Shown piece after piece: positions 1 to 8,317 of a stretch of 64,000 bases of DNA. The stretch's first letter is position 1. Every line of letters begins with the position of its first letter. Made by a program: the position numbers and the translations under genes. Source of the stretch: Candidatus Saccharimonadales bacterium (GTDB taxonomy: Bacteria > Patescibacteriota > Saccharimonadia > Saccharimonadales > JACQNP01); NCBI GenBank assembly GCA_041742395.1, contig JBGSIS010000018.1, positions 39,505 to 103,504 of the forward strand, read 5' to 3'. The notes beneath the pieces are model-generated. The model did not search any database. It worked only from the letters and a program-made list of their open reading frames with translations, and was not told where the DNA came from.

Positions 1-83
1 TTATCTTTGAAGCGTTCAAGGCTAATAAATTCAACTAAGTCTTCGATTGGTTCTTTGACATTTGTAGTAAATATTTTTTTCAT
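1..83 (-). CDS. hypothetical protein, first 27 codons only (gene runs off the window start)
   Basis: ATG at 83-81 on the minus strand opens MKKIFTTNVKEPIEDLVEFISLERFKD with no stop before position 1. It is too short to assign a family. Confidence 0.3.
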   Translation of the reverse strand, partial: MKKIFTTNVKEPIEDLVEFISLERFKD

Positions 84-108
84 GATTTTGTTACTATTTG
101 TAGGTTAA

Positions 109-600
109 TTATTTCAAATAACTCCCAAACGATCTTACGTAATGACATGTGTAGCCGTTCGGATTTTCTTGGAGATAATCTTGATGATAAGTTTCTGCTG
201 GCCAGAACTTAGTAAATTGCTCAAGTTTGGTGACAACCGGATTATCCCAGTTTCCCGAATCATTTACTAGTTTAATTATCTCTTTAGCATCAGCCATTTC
301 TAAATCACTTTGATAGAATATCGCAGATCGATATGCAGAACCGACATCATTACCTTGACGGTTGAGCGTCGTTGGATCATGAACCCTAAAAAAGTAATCT
401 AGAATCTTTTTATATGACGTTTTAGTATCATCGTAAGTAATTTCGAGTCCCTCGGCATGTCCTGGATGGTTTCGATAATCAGGGTTGTCGTTAGTTCCGC
501 CCGTATAGCCAACCTCAGTATCTATTATGCCGGGCTGTTGCCTCACTAAATCTTCAAGACCCCAGAAACAACCACCGGCAAGATAAGCTTTTTTAATCAT
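109..600 (-). CDS. msrA: peptide-methionine (S)-S-oxide reductase MsrA
   Basis: 163 aa. It has the N-terminal GGCFWG catalytic-Cys motif and the conserved HDPTT, GNDVG and YRSAIF blocks typical of MsrA. Confidence 0.95.
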   Translation of the reverse strand: MIKKAYLAGGCFWGLEDLVRQQPGIIDTEVGYTGGTNDNPDYRNHPGHAEGLEITYDDTKTSYKKILDYFFRVHDPTTLNRQGNDVGSAYRSAIFYQSDLEMADAKEIIKLVNDSGNWDNPVVTKLEQFTKFWPAETYHQDYLQENPNGYTCHYVRSFGSYLK

Positions 601-976
601 TACTATTTTCTACTTTCTTTTCAAAATCGAGCGACAGTGAGTTAATGCAGTATCGCATACCGGTTGTTTCCTTTGGTCCATCATTAAACACATGTCCAAG
701 ATGTCCACCACACTTAGCACAAACTGCTTCTGTGCGTACCATTCCGTGGGACTCATCACTAATCTGGCTAACTGCTCCCGGAAGTGCATCATCAAAACTT
801 GGCCAACCTGAACCTGAGTCAAATTTGGTATTAGAAGAGAATAATTGCGTGCCACAATCAGCGCATTTGTACATACCAGTTTCTTTATTCTCTAGATACT
901 TACCGGTAAAAGGTGCCTCTGTAGCTTTGTTGTGCAAGACAGCTTTTTGTTCTTTTGTTAAATGATCATTATTCAT
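593..976 (-). CDS. msrB: peptide-methionine (R)-S-oxide reductase MsrB
   Basis: 127 aa. It has two CxxC zinc pairs ([17 protein letters not shown]) and the RYCINS catalytic motif. It overlaps msrA by 8 nt, indicating an operon. Confidence 0.95.
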   Translation of the reverse strand: MNNDHLTKEQKAVLHNKATEAPFTGKYLENKETGMYKCADCGTQLFSSNTKFDSGSGWPSFDDALPGAVSQISDESHGMVRTEAVCAKCGGHLGHVFNDGPKETTGMRYCINSLSLDFEKKVENSND

Positions 977-1096
977 TGATTTTTTCCTTACAAGTAGTTA
1001 CATAATGACTTAAAATTATATTTAGTATTGTATAGTCAACTGTACATAGTATAGCATTATATGTGTTGGCATTAAACAAATTATAAGGACTAAATA

Positions 1097-1834
1097 ATGA
1101 ATGATTCAAAAACTAATTACAGTGATTTAAAAGCCGTTTACGTTAACTGTTCTATTAAAAAAGACAAAAGTAAATCACACACCCAGCTGCTCATGAACAA
1201 ATCTGCAAAGATTATGGAAACTCAAGGCGTCCAGGTCGAGCATGTATATCTACTAGATCATGATATTGCTTTTGGCATGATTAAGGATGGTGCGGAAGAC
1301 GGTCAGGCGGACGATTGGCCTATGATCCAAAAGAAGTTACTTGAAGCAGATATTTTAGTGATTGGGTCGCCGATATGGCTTGGCGTAAAGTCCAGTGTTG
1401 CAACACTTCTTATTGAGCGAATGTACGCATACAGTGGCGATAGAAACGATAAAGGACAATACCTATACTACGGAAAAACTGGAGGATGTATCATCACCGG
1501 CAATGAAGACGGCATAAAGCATTGCGCCATGGACATTTTGTACGCCCTTCAACATATTGGTTATATGGTTCCACCTCAAGCTGACTGTGGCTGGATTGGC
1601 GAAGCCGGACCAGGCGCTAGTTATGGCGACACTGAGTGGGACGGACAAAAGATTGATCCCCCTGTCGGCTTTGATAATGACTTCACTAACCGCAACACAA
1701 CTTTTATGGCATGGAATCTAATGCATACTGCACGGATGTTAAAGGATAATGGGGGCATCCCTGATACTGGAAATACGACTGAAGGTTGGCAGCATGTCAC
1801 TAATGCAAAAAGTGATAATCCAGAATATAAATAA
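1097..1834 (+). CDS. flavodoxin-like / NAD(P)H-dependent FMN reductase family protein
   Basis: 245 aa. The pattern ADILVIGSPIWLG followed by a GK.GG.I.TGNEDG block is typical of the flavodoxin-fold FMN reductase family. The specific substrate is unknown. Confidence 0.6.
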   Translation: MNDSKTNYSDLKAVYVNCSIKKDKSKSHTQLLMNKSAKIMETQGVQVEHVYLLDHDIAFGMIKDGAEDGQADDWPMIQKKLLEADILVIGSPIWLGVKSSVATLLIERMYAYSGDRNDKGQYLYYGKTGGCIITGNEDGIKHCAMDILYALQHIGYMVPPQADCGWIGEAGPGASYGDTEWDGQKIDPPVGFDNDFTNRNTTFMAWNLMHTARMLKDNGGIPDTGNTTEGWQHVTNAKSDNPEYK

Positions 1835-2182
1835 ATGACAAAATCAAAACAAAAAGCTACTCATAACATTGATAGTTGTACCGTTGCCGAACATCATCAC
1901 CATTTACGAAAAAGCAAGGGTATTACTGACTCCGGATTTATAGATCACCTTATCGTATTTAGCGGGCCTCTGATACCTTTAGCTGTGTTTATTCAAGCAT
2001 ATAATGTCTGGATATTGGGCAAAGGCGACGGCTTATCAATTGTCACTTGGTCATTAATGCTATTTGCATCAAGCACTATGGCGTTGTATGCAATATATCA
2101 TGGTACAAAACCACTGATGCTAACGTACATCCCACTTGTTGTAGCAAATGGGTTAGTAGTTTCTGGTATTGTATTCTTGTAG
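1835..2182 (+). CDS. small three-helix membrane protein (possibly PQ-loop/SemiSWEET-like)
   Basis: 115 aa. Its ATG follows directly after the upstream TAA stop (TAAATG, no intergenic gap). There are three hydrophobic segments. The PQ-loop resemblance (PLAVFIQAYNVW..G..DGLS..TW) is weak. Confidence 0.35.
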   Translation: MTKSKQKATHNIDSCTVAEHHHHLRKSKGITDSGFIDHLIVFSGPLIPLAVFIQAYNVWILGKGDGLSIVTWSLMLFASSTMALYAIYHGTKPLMLTYIPLVVANGLVVSGIVFL

Positions 2183-2371
2183 GCTAATCTAAATAAATTG
2201 CTAAAGAAGAGTCATAGAACGCGGTCTTTAATTTTAGTGTAAATTTTGGCTAGGGATACGGGACAATTATAGAAATTTAGATGAATTAACAGAAGTGGAA
2301 GATTATGAAGCTGTCGAACCGATTAGGCAGCTAATCCACCACCCAAAAAAATACCTACTATGGCTATATGC

Positions 2372-3358
2372 TTAAGACAATTCCGCTGCCAAAATATCTG
2401 AGAGACCCAGGATACTGTTAAACTCATAAAATGATAAGTATGCCAACGCTAATCGTCGCGCGTCAGTTTTTCGTAAACTAAAACCCCTATTAATTGAACT
2501 GATTAGTATGGCATTTGCGAGCATTCTACCGGTTCGTTTATTCCCATCCTCGAATGCTTGTAAATACGGTATAAGAGTTAGAGCAAGCAAAGCTTTCACA
2601 AATGGGTCTTGAGTACGACTTATGACACCCAGAACATCGTCCATAGACTCCCTGAGTTGGTGTGGATTCCCTGTCGGTTCATAGTTGCTAGCGCTAATCT
2701 TAACTACCTTTTTTCGTATTCCGGTTTCTATCCCAAGGTTCTTACTGATAATTCTATGGATTTCCTCTACGGAACTATATGCAATATTATGTGTGAACAA
2801 ATCTGTATTCTCTATAACAAAGGCTACCACATCTTTATGATTAAAGATCATCTGAGTTTCAAACTCTGTCTTATTTTTTGCTTTGATTCCTTCAACAAGT
2901 AATAGCTGCGTATCAAGCAAAGTATAGGTATTGCCTTCTAGTGCTGACGACTTCCAGGAAAGTTCAATTGTCAGATGCTCTAAATCCTTAGCAGACATTT
3001 TTTCACTTGAAGCAGACTTAAATTTAAAATCTTTTCCAAACAACTTATCAATTTGATCTACTGGCAGTTCTCCTAACCAACTTAAGAATTGATGATGTAA
3101 GTTAGTTACTGGTCGGTTTTCGTCTTCTAGTAGTTTGTCGGCTATACGGGAACTCACAATAACAGGATAGTTAACATTATATGTAGGGTTATTTATGCTG
3201 CCAACTCTTGTTAACAAACCCAACTCTGTTAGTCTGACGAGTGCACGCTGAATCGAACGTATATCGATATTCTGCATTCGCTCTCCCGCTTCAGCAGCAG
3301 TAGAGCAACCATTAAGAACATGTAACAGTGTGTATGAAGTGCTTTTGCTTAAGTTCAT
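2372..3358 (-). CDS. Fic-domain protein with N-terminal winged-helix and a degenerate active-site motif
   Basis: 328 aa. The C-terminal motif QAFEDGNKRTGR aligns to the Fic signature HPFx(D/E)GN(G/K)RxxR, but Gln replaces the catalytic His. The N-terminus (IDIRSIQRALVRLTELGLLTRVG) looks like a wHTH. Confidence 0.7.
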   Translation of the reverse strand: MNLSKSTSYTLLHVLNGCSTAAEAGERMQNIDIRSIQRALVRLTELGLLTRVGSINNPTYNVNYPVIVSSRIADKLLEDENRPVTNLHHQFLSWLGELPVDQIDKLFGKDFKFKSASSEKMSAKDLEHLTIELSWKSSALEGNTYTLLDTQLLLVEGIKAKNKTEFETQMIFNHKDVVAFVIENTDLFTHNIAYSSVEEIHRIISKNLGIETGIRKKVVKISASNYEPTGNPHQLRESMDDVLGVISRTQDPFVKALLALTLIPYLQAFEDGNKRTGRMLANAILISSINRGFSLRKTDARRLALAYLSFYEFNSILGLSDILAAELS

Positions 3359-3520
3359 ACGACAATTTTAGCATAATTTTTGATAATATTATACATTTTG
3401 TCGTATGAGATTATACTTCTAACGTACTGACAGGTATGAACTAAAGTTGGTTATGAAAGTCTCTGTTGGAGTTTCTGTGGCTTAGCAAACGGAATTTGAA
3501 CAGGAGTACTGCTTTTCAAG

Positions 3521-3787
3521 CTATAAGTTACAAGTCTTTTTTATTGGCTTTAGCTTTAGACTTTCTAGGAGTTCGGATTCTTTTAATGTCGGTAATGCGG
3601 CATCCAAGGCCATTTGTTTTAAAATACTTTTTATATCAACTGTGCTATCCCCTACTATGTCGATAGGATTTTCAGTCCAACTATTAATTTTGTCATTGTC
3701 ATTATAGAAAACTTCATGAATTGCAAAGTAGCTGTGTTTTTCAGAATCGTGTTCAATAATTCTATAGTTCCAGGTCATAATATCCAA
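3521..3787 (-). CDS. hypothetical protein
   Basis: 88-aa ORF that begins 1 nt downstream of the vapC stop on the same strand. No recognisable motif. Confidence 0.4.
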   Translation of the reverse strand: MDIMTWNYRIIEHDSEKHSYFAIHEVFYNDNDKINSWTENPIDIVGDSTVDIKSILKQMALDAALPTLKESELLESLKLKPIKKTCNL

Positions 3788-3788
3788 C

Positions 3789-4151
3789 TCAGCCTTTTAA
3801 GGGGTTAACTATATTTAGACCGTGAATGTGGGAGAAATCCTGAACATTAGCTGTCCAAAGTTTCAGATCGTGCTCAAGTGCTGTAGCGGCTATAATTGAA
3901 TCACCCAAACTCATACTCTTTGCCTGTCGTAATCTTATAGACCGCTCTGTAATAGAGCTTGTAAGATCCAAACTATAAGACTCACTCAGTAGTTCTTCCA
4001 TCAACAATAACTCATTAGCAGGAATGCTAGAATATCCCAGAGCCTCAATCTTGGTAATACTGGCGTGTGATATATCGGTATCAGCAATGATGTTACGAGA
4101 TAATGTATTATTCGCTAGATAAATAAAGATATTCGTATCAAGCATAATCAT
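3789..4151 (-). CDS. vapC: PIN-domain toxin VapC
   Basis: 120 aa. It has the N-terminal MLDTNIFIY acidic motif and is paired with an upstream AbrB-type antitoxin. Confidence 0.85.
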   Translation of the reverse strand: MIMLDTNIFIYLANNTLSRNIIADTDISHASITKIEALGYSSIPANELLLMEELLSESYSLDLTSSITERSIRLRQAKSMSLGDSIIAATALEHDLKLWTANVQDFSHIHGLNIVNPLKG

Positions 4152-4156
4152 AGTTG

Positions 4157-4420
4157 CTACTCTCTACCTGGTAATGACCGATCTTCACGTATCTTTCGCT
4201 GCCAAGCTACAGGATCATCTATATCTTTATATGCTCCAGTCTCTTGAAGCTCTTTCAATAATTGCTGGATCCGATTGCGATCTTGTTTTAGCTGGGGCGC
4301 AGGAAGATCTATATCTGCTTTTTGACCTAACTTGAGCTGTGCATCTTCTACATACTTTTTGGGCACGCGTAAAGCGTATGAATTACCTGTTTTGATAACT
4401 GTTGCAGTGTACTTATTCAT
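4157..4420 (-). CDS. vapB: AbrB/SpoVT-type antitoxin VapB
   Basis: 87 aa. The N-terminal swapped-hairpin signature is VIKTGNSYALRVPKKYV. It lies immediately upstream of vapC. Confidence 0.8.
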   Translation of the reverse strand: MNKYTATVIKTGNSYALRVPKKYVEDAQLKLGQKADIDLPAPQLKQDRNRIQQLLKELQETGAYKDIDDPVAWQRKIREDRSLPGRE

Positions 4421-4430
4421 TGTAACTACA

Positions 4431-4459
4431 ATTGTATATACTTTTACCTAAAAGGTCAA
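4431..4459 (-). promoter_or_regulatory. sigma70-like promoter of vapBC
   Basis: On the minus strand the sequence reads TTGACC, 17 nt, TACAAT, with the ATG 10 nt after the -10. This implies a very short leader. Confidence 0.45.
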
Positions 4460-4569
4460 GTACTTTTTTAAGTTTTAATAATATTTCTAACGCACCAATT
4501 TAATCTGATGTTGATTTCAAAATTCTATATTTGATCCTCTCATGGCTGGAGATTACAGATGAAAAAACC

Positions 4570-4598
4570 TTGACGCTGAATTATAATAACTTTATAAT
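4570..4598 (+). promoter_or_regulatory. sigma70-like promoter of phd/doc, predicted to give a leaderless transcript
   Basis: TTGACG (4570-4575), a 17-nt spacer and TATAAT (4593-4598). The ATG at 4606 follows after 7 nt and there is no SD. Confidence 0.5.
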
Positions 4599-4605
4599 TT
4601 TAACT

Positions 4606-4824
4606 ATGATTGAAACAGAACAAAAGCTTATACAGATAGGTTCAAGTGAAGGAATTACACTATCCAAAAAGGATCTAGCTCGTCTTGGTGCTAAAAGAGG
4701 TGATATGTTGAAGGTTACAGTTAAGCTAGCTAAAGATCCTATAACTCATCGTAAGATTTTAGATGAGTATGATGCATTCGTGGAAAAATACGGAGAGACT
4801 CTAAAAAATCTAGCTAATAGATGA
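4606..4824 (+). CDS. AbrB/SpoVT-type antitoxin (Phd-role partner of Doc)
   Basis: The ORF track starts at TTG 4531. I prefer ATG 4606 (MIETEQKLIQIGSSEGITLSKKDLARLG, an AbrB-like hairpin) because a consensus promoter sits inside the longer ORF. The stop overlaps the doc start by 4 nt. Confidence 0.7.
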   Translation: MIETEQKLIQIGSSEGITLSKKDLARLGAKRGDMLKVTVKLAKDPITHRKILDEYDAFVEKYGETLKNLANR

Positions 4825-5210
4825 GCACTTTTTACTTAACACTTGAAGAAATACTTCGTCTTCATTTTCAATTGATTGAGGATTTTGGCGGAAGCCATGG
4901 AGTTCGGGATGAAGGAAGACTAAAGTCCGTAGTCGATGCTCCCAAACAGAACATTTTTGGTAAAGAACAGTACCCGACCATTTTTGATAAAACAGCTGTC
5001 TATCTAAGGAATATTGTAGGCGATCATCCGTTTGTTGATGGCAATAAACGTACGGCGATAACAGTTAGTGGAATTTTTCTTCTCCGCAACGGATATGAGC
5101 TTAATATGAATCCTAAAATGCTGGAGGATTTTACGGTTAAAGTAGCTACCGATCATCTTAGTATTAATGAAATAGCGGTCTGGCTAAAGACTCGGACAAC
5201 TTCACGTTAA
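4821..5210 (+). CDS. doc: Doc (death-on-curing) family toxin, Fic fold
   Basis: 129 aa with the canonical Doc motif HPFVDGNKRTA. Confidence 0.9.
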   Translation: MSTFYLTLEEILRLHFQLIEDFGGSHGVRDEGRLKSVVDAPKQNIFGKEQYPTIFDKTAVYLRNIVGDHPFVDGNKRTAITVSGIFLLRNGYELNMNPKMLEDFTVKVATDHLSINEIAVWLKTRTTSR

Positions 5211-5261
5211 TTTATAGACTGGCTGGTAAAAAATAAGTACTACCAAGATTAAGAATAGATA

Positions 5262-5909
5262 ATGGACGAAGGAAAGATTCTTATTTGTAATCTTTCTAAG
5301 GGCTTACTTGGTGAGGATGCATCTAGGCTATTTGGAGTAACCATTCTAGCTAAGATCCAACTTGCTGCACTAAAAAGAGCCAGGAAAAGTAGTAGTGATC
5401 GGAAAGATTTCTTTTTATATGTAGATGAGTTTCAGAATTTCGCAACTATTAGCTTCGTTGAGATGTTATCTGAAGCAAGGAAATATAGGCTGTACTTAAC
5501 TATGGCTGAACAATCTACTCAACAACAAACCGAAAGTCGCTTAGTAGAAATAATCATGGCTAACGTTGGAACAGTTGTTACTTTTAGGTCTGGCAGTCCA
5601 AATGACGAAAGATTAATCCTTCCTTTATTTAAGCCTTATTTAGAGGAGGGGCAGATAGCTAACCTACCTGCATATAACTTTTATGTACGAATTGCTTCTG
5701 TGGAGCCCTATGAGCCTATGTCGGCAAGAACAATACTAGTAGATAGAGACAGCTTTAAGCCGGTACGAAATGAGGCTGTTTCTTACTCAAGATTAGAGTA
5801 TGGTGCTAAGTCAAGTGAGACTGTGTTTAATAAAATAAAAAGTGAACAATTTAAAACTGAAAATAAAATAAGTAAAAATACCGAGATCGAATACGGCTCC
5901 TCGATATAA
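5262..5909 (+). pseudogene. C-terminal fragment of a TraD/TraG/VirD4-like (FtsK-HerA superfamily) T4SS coupling-type ATPase
   Basis: 215 aa. It keeps the Walker-B-like FFLYVDEFQNF and the ARKYRLYLTMAEQS block typical of the C-terminal half of coupling proteins. There is no Walker A. Only 51 nt separate it from doc, so there is no room for the missing N-terminal half of roughly 300-400 aa. Confidence 0.6.
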
Positions 5910-6002
5910 ATTTTGTTTTATTGGTTTAAATTGTTTGGTTTTTATTTTATAAGAGATTATGGCATGGTGTATCGTTTTCTTTACAGTCTATGTAGAGTTT
6001 TG

Positions 6003-6032
6003 TTGACAATGCTTAAGAGTAAATGCTAGACT
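6003..6032 (+). promoter_or_regulatory. candidate promoter of the XRE-Panacea gene, predicted leaderless
   Basis: TTGACA (6003-6008), an 18-nt spacer and TAGACT (6027-6032). The ATG at 6040 follows after 7 nt and there is no SD. Confidence 0.4.
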
Positions 6033-6039
6033 TAAAGAT

Positions 6040-6738
6040 ATGGAAAAGTTTAATCAATTATCCGAAAGAGTCACGAAATTACGTGAAATAAGCGGGCACA
6101 CGCAAGAGCAAGTAGCCACTAAACTAGGCATTAGCCGCGGAAGGTGGATACTAGTCGAAAAAGGAGAACGAGACCTAAGCACCGAAGAGCTTGGTAAGCT
6201 TGCTGAATTATTCGGTGTAGATATATCCGACTTCTTAGAAGAAATTCCTAATATTAAGAAATTTAGGCAAATGTATTTTGCATGCCTGAAATTTGCGGCC
6301 AACGAACACGGTAACGTGTCTAAGACTAAGCTAGCCAAACTTCTTTATCTAGCAGACTTTAAAAGCTTTTTCGAAAATCTTGAGCCTATTAGTGGAGTAA
6401 AATATCGTAGACTTGAGTATGGCCCGGTGCCGGACGTCTTCTTTTCTATGACTGACGACCTATTAGATCAAGGAAAAATAAAAGTAGAAGTACTTGACCA
6501 TGGAGCTCAGATGATTTCTTCAAACACTCGCGAAGAAGAGTTTAGTGAACTATCTAAACTAGAACTGGTCAGTATCAAACAGATATGTAAATTATGGAAA
6601 GATAGACCAACTCAAGACATAGTCAACTTTACTCATGAACAAAAGCCCTGGAAGATGTGTCGTGACGGTGAATTCATCCCTTATAGTCTTATTATTCAGG
6701 AAGACCCTAGTAATGTTTACCAGCCACTTACCCAATAA
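6040..6738 (+). CDS. XRE-family HTH fused to a Panacea (DUF4065/SocA-like) domain; putative antitoxin
   Basis: 232 aa. The N-terminal HTH is TQEQVATKLGISRGRWILVEKGERDLSTEELGKLAELFGV. The central TKLAKLLYLADFKSF...YRRLEYGPVPDVF matches the KLQKLLY...YGPV pattern of the Panacea/DUF4065 domain. Confidence 0.7.
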   Translation: MEKFNQLSERVTKLREISGHTQEQVATKLGISRGRWILVEKGERDLSTEELGKLAELFGVDISDFLEEIPNIKKFRQMYFACLKFAANEHGNVSKTKLAKLLYLADFKSFFENLEPISGVKYRRLEYGPVPDVFFSMTDDLLDQGKIKVEVLDHGAQMISSNTREEEFSELSKLELVSIKQICKLWKDRPTQDIVNFTHEQKPWKMCRDGEFIPYSLIIQEDPSNVYQPLTQ

Positions 6739-7135
6739 AGAAGACTATAGAGTTGTATTTAGCAGTTATGCCGAGAGGCACTTTATTAAGCGATTTAATA
6801 AAGACTATAAAGGAAAAAGGTGGGAGGTTACTAAGGACTCTATTTTTCAGGATTTAAAGCGCATACATGGACTAGTAGATACTCAGCAAGTAGATGAACT
6901 AAAGTCCGGTAAAAATTGTATTTTATTCAAGTATGATTTTGCGGTTGCCCAAACCAATATATCACCTAAGGCATCGGGTAATCGTTGTTTAGTATTTCTT
7001 GATTCGTCTCAGCAACTTGAAACTATATTAATAACTTATGGAAAAAATGATTTACCCAAAAAACAGCAAGAGACAGCATACCTACTAAGTTTCGTAAAAA
7101 GTGAGTTCCCTGAACTATGGAATAGACTAGATTGA
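6713..7135 (+). CDS. putative toxin partner (RelE/ParE-like sequence pattern, family unassigned)
   Basis: The ORF track gives 6635-7135. The first ATG after most of the overlap is at 6713 (MFTSHLPNKEDYRVVFSSYAERHFIKRF...), giving 140 aa and a 26-nt overlap with the upstream gene. YRVVFS..A...IKRF and CLVFLDSSQQLETILITYG recall the strands of RelE/ParE toxins. Confidence 0.45.
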   Translation: MFTSHLPNKEDYRVVFSSYAERHFIKRFNKDYKGKRWEVTKDSIFQDLKRIHGLVDTQQVDELKSGKNCILFKYDFAVAQTNISPKASGNRCLVFLDSSQQLETILITYGKNDLPKKQQETAYLLSFVKSEFPELWNRLD

Positions 7136-7222
7136 TTTATGGTGAATATTGAAAACTATAAAATTTAAATGAGTATAAACTTGTAACGATTTTTATTGTA
7201 AATATATAAGTAGGAGTAAATT

Positions 7223-7534
7223 ATGAATAACAATAGTGGCAGTCCATTCTCAAAACTTTCATTAGATGAAGAGGAAAAATTAATTGAAGAACTTATCAAA
7301 AGAGAAGAATTTTCTGAATTACCTGATTTTGATGACACTAAAAAAATACTCGAGGAAGCCGCAAAGCAATACATTCAACTCAATACCTCTAAGCGGGTGA
7401 CTATAAGGATTAAGCAGAAGGATCTTATTAAAGTTAAGGCAAGAGCTAAAAGAAATAATATACCTTATCAAACGCTGCTAGGGGCAGTTATACACGACTT
7501 TGCAGAAGAACGAAGAGAACTTAATATTAAGTAA
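7223..7534 (+). CDS. BrnA-like / CopG-type RHH antitoxin-family protein
   Basis: 103 aa. The C-terminal RVTIRIKQKDLIKVKARAKRNNIPYQTLLGAVIHDFAE matches the isiRl...lK..A...giPYQtli signature of BrnA (COG3514-type) antitoxins. AGGAG lies upstream of the ATG. No BrnT (DUF497) gene is adjacent. Confidence 0.65.
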   Translation: MNNNSGSPFSKLSLDEEEKLIEELIKREEFSELPDFDDTKKILEEAAKQYIQLNTSKRVTIRIKQKDLIKVKARAKRNNIPYQTLLGAVIHDFAEERRELNIK

Positions 7535-7553
7535 TATAATTTGCCAATATAAA

Positions 7554-8249
7554 TTAATATTCAATTTTACTAACATCGTTAAAAAATCTAAAGTTAACTA
7601 GACTATCCTGGTAATTAGATAATTTTTTAATCTTATTTTTATCTTCAATAATAAATATAACTTCTGGATAGTTTGTTTTATTCCAGAGGTCTTGAGAGTA
7701 ATGAGTTAAAAAATTATCTATCCTCTTTTTAATATAAAAAAGAGGCATACTCTCGGGAATCAATTCAATAAACTGTTCTTTTCCTTGATTGATTACAAAT
7801 AAAGAAGGAACTGGCCTTGGGAAGTGGCCATATTTAAGAGTTTCTGCTTCTGTAAGAATAGTTGCGTTCTTATATTGAGGAAGACTAAATATTTCTAGGT
7901 AGCATTTGAAAATATTTAAATAATTAACTTTAGTTGAATCTGGTAAATTCTTATCATTATATCGATACTTAATTTTTGAACTATTAAGATTAAGTGTTTC
8001 TGCTAGAATTTTGTATGCTTTAGAGTTTAGTGAATATAATGCTGGTCTAAGTTTTAGTTTGTATGATTGATCGTATTCTTTGTTAATTAGTCCCAAGGAA
8101 TGAAGTTTATTTAGTGTTTCTTGGGTAGTTTGTTTTTTGTTGTTGTTGAATTTTGATATTTCATTAACTGACACGAATCTGAATTTATATATGATCTTTA
8201 GAAATTTTAATTGGTTGTTAGTGAGCAATGGATAGTTAGTTTTATTCAT
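7554..8249 (-). CDS. hypothetical winged-helix protein (replication-relaxation-family-like)
   Basis: 231 aa and very AT-rich. The N-terminal LTNNQLKFLKIIYKFRFVSVNEISKF...LNKLHSLGLINKEY...ALYSLNSKAYKILAE resembles the wHTH of replication-relaxation proteins. No conserved His motif was seen. Confidence 0.3.
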   Translation of the reverse strand: MNKTNYPLLTNNQLKFLKIIYKFRFVSVNEISKFNNNKKQTTQETLNKLHSLGLINKEYDQSYKLKLRPALYSLNSKAYKILAETLNLNSSKIKYRYNDKNLPDSTKVNYLNIFKCYLEIFSLPQYKNATILTEAETLKYGHFPRPVPSLFVINQGKEQFIELIPESMPLFYIKKRIDNFLTHYSQDLWNKTNYPEVIFIIEDKNKIKKLSNYQDSLVNFRFFNDVSKIEY

Positions 8250-8317
8250 CTTATATAAATATATATAAGAGGAGGAATTTTGTTAATAGTTTTTATCTGT
8301 TATTTATTGATTTTCGC

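Noticed and set aside
610-965. Two track ORFs (610-855 minus, 645-965 plus) lie inside or antisense to msrB.
   Set aside because: They are fully nested in a gene with unmistakable MsrB motifs. Their translations are low-complexity with no motifs, so they are shadow ORFs.
7165-7374. A 69-aa minus-strand ORF overlaps the BrnA-like gene start.
   Set aside because: Its translation is Ser-rich and low-complexity, and it is antisense to a gene with a good RBS and a recognisable RHH motif.
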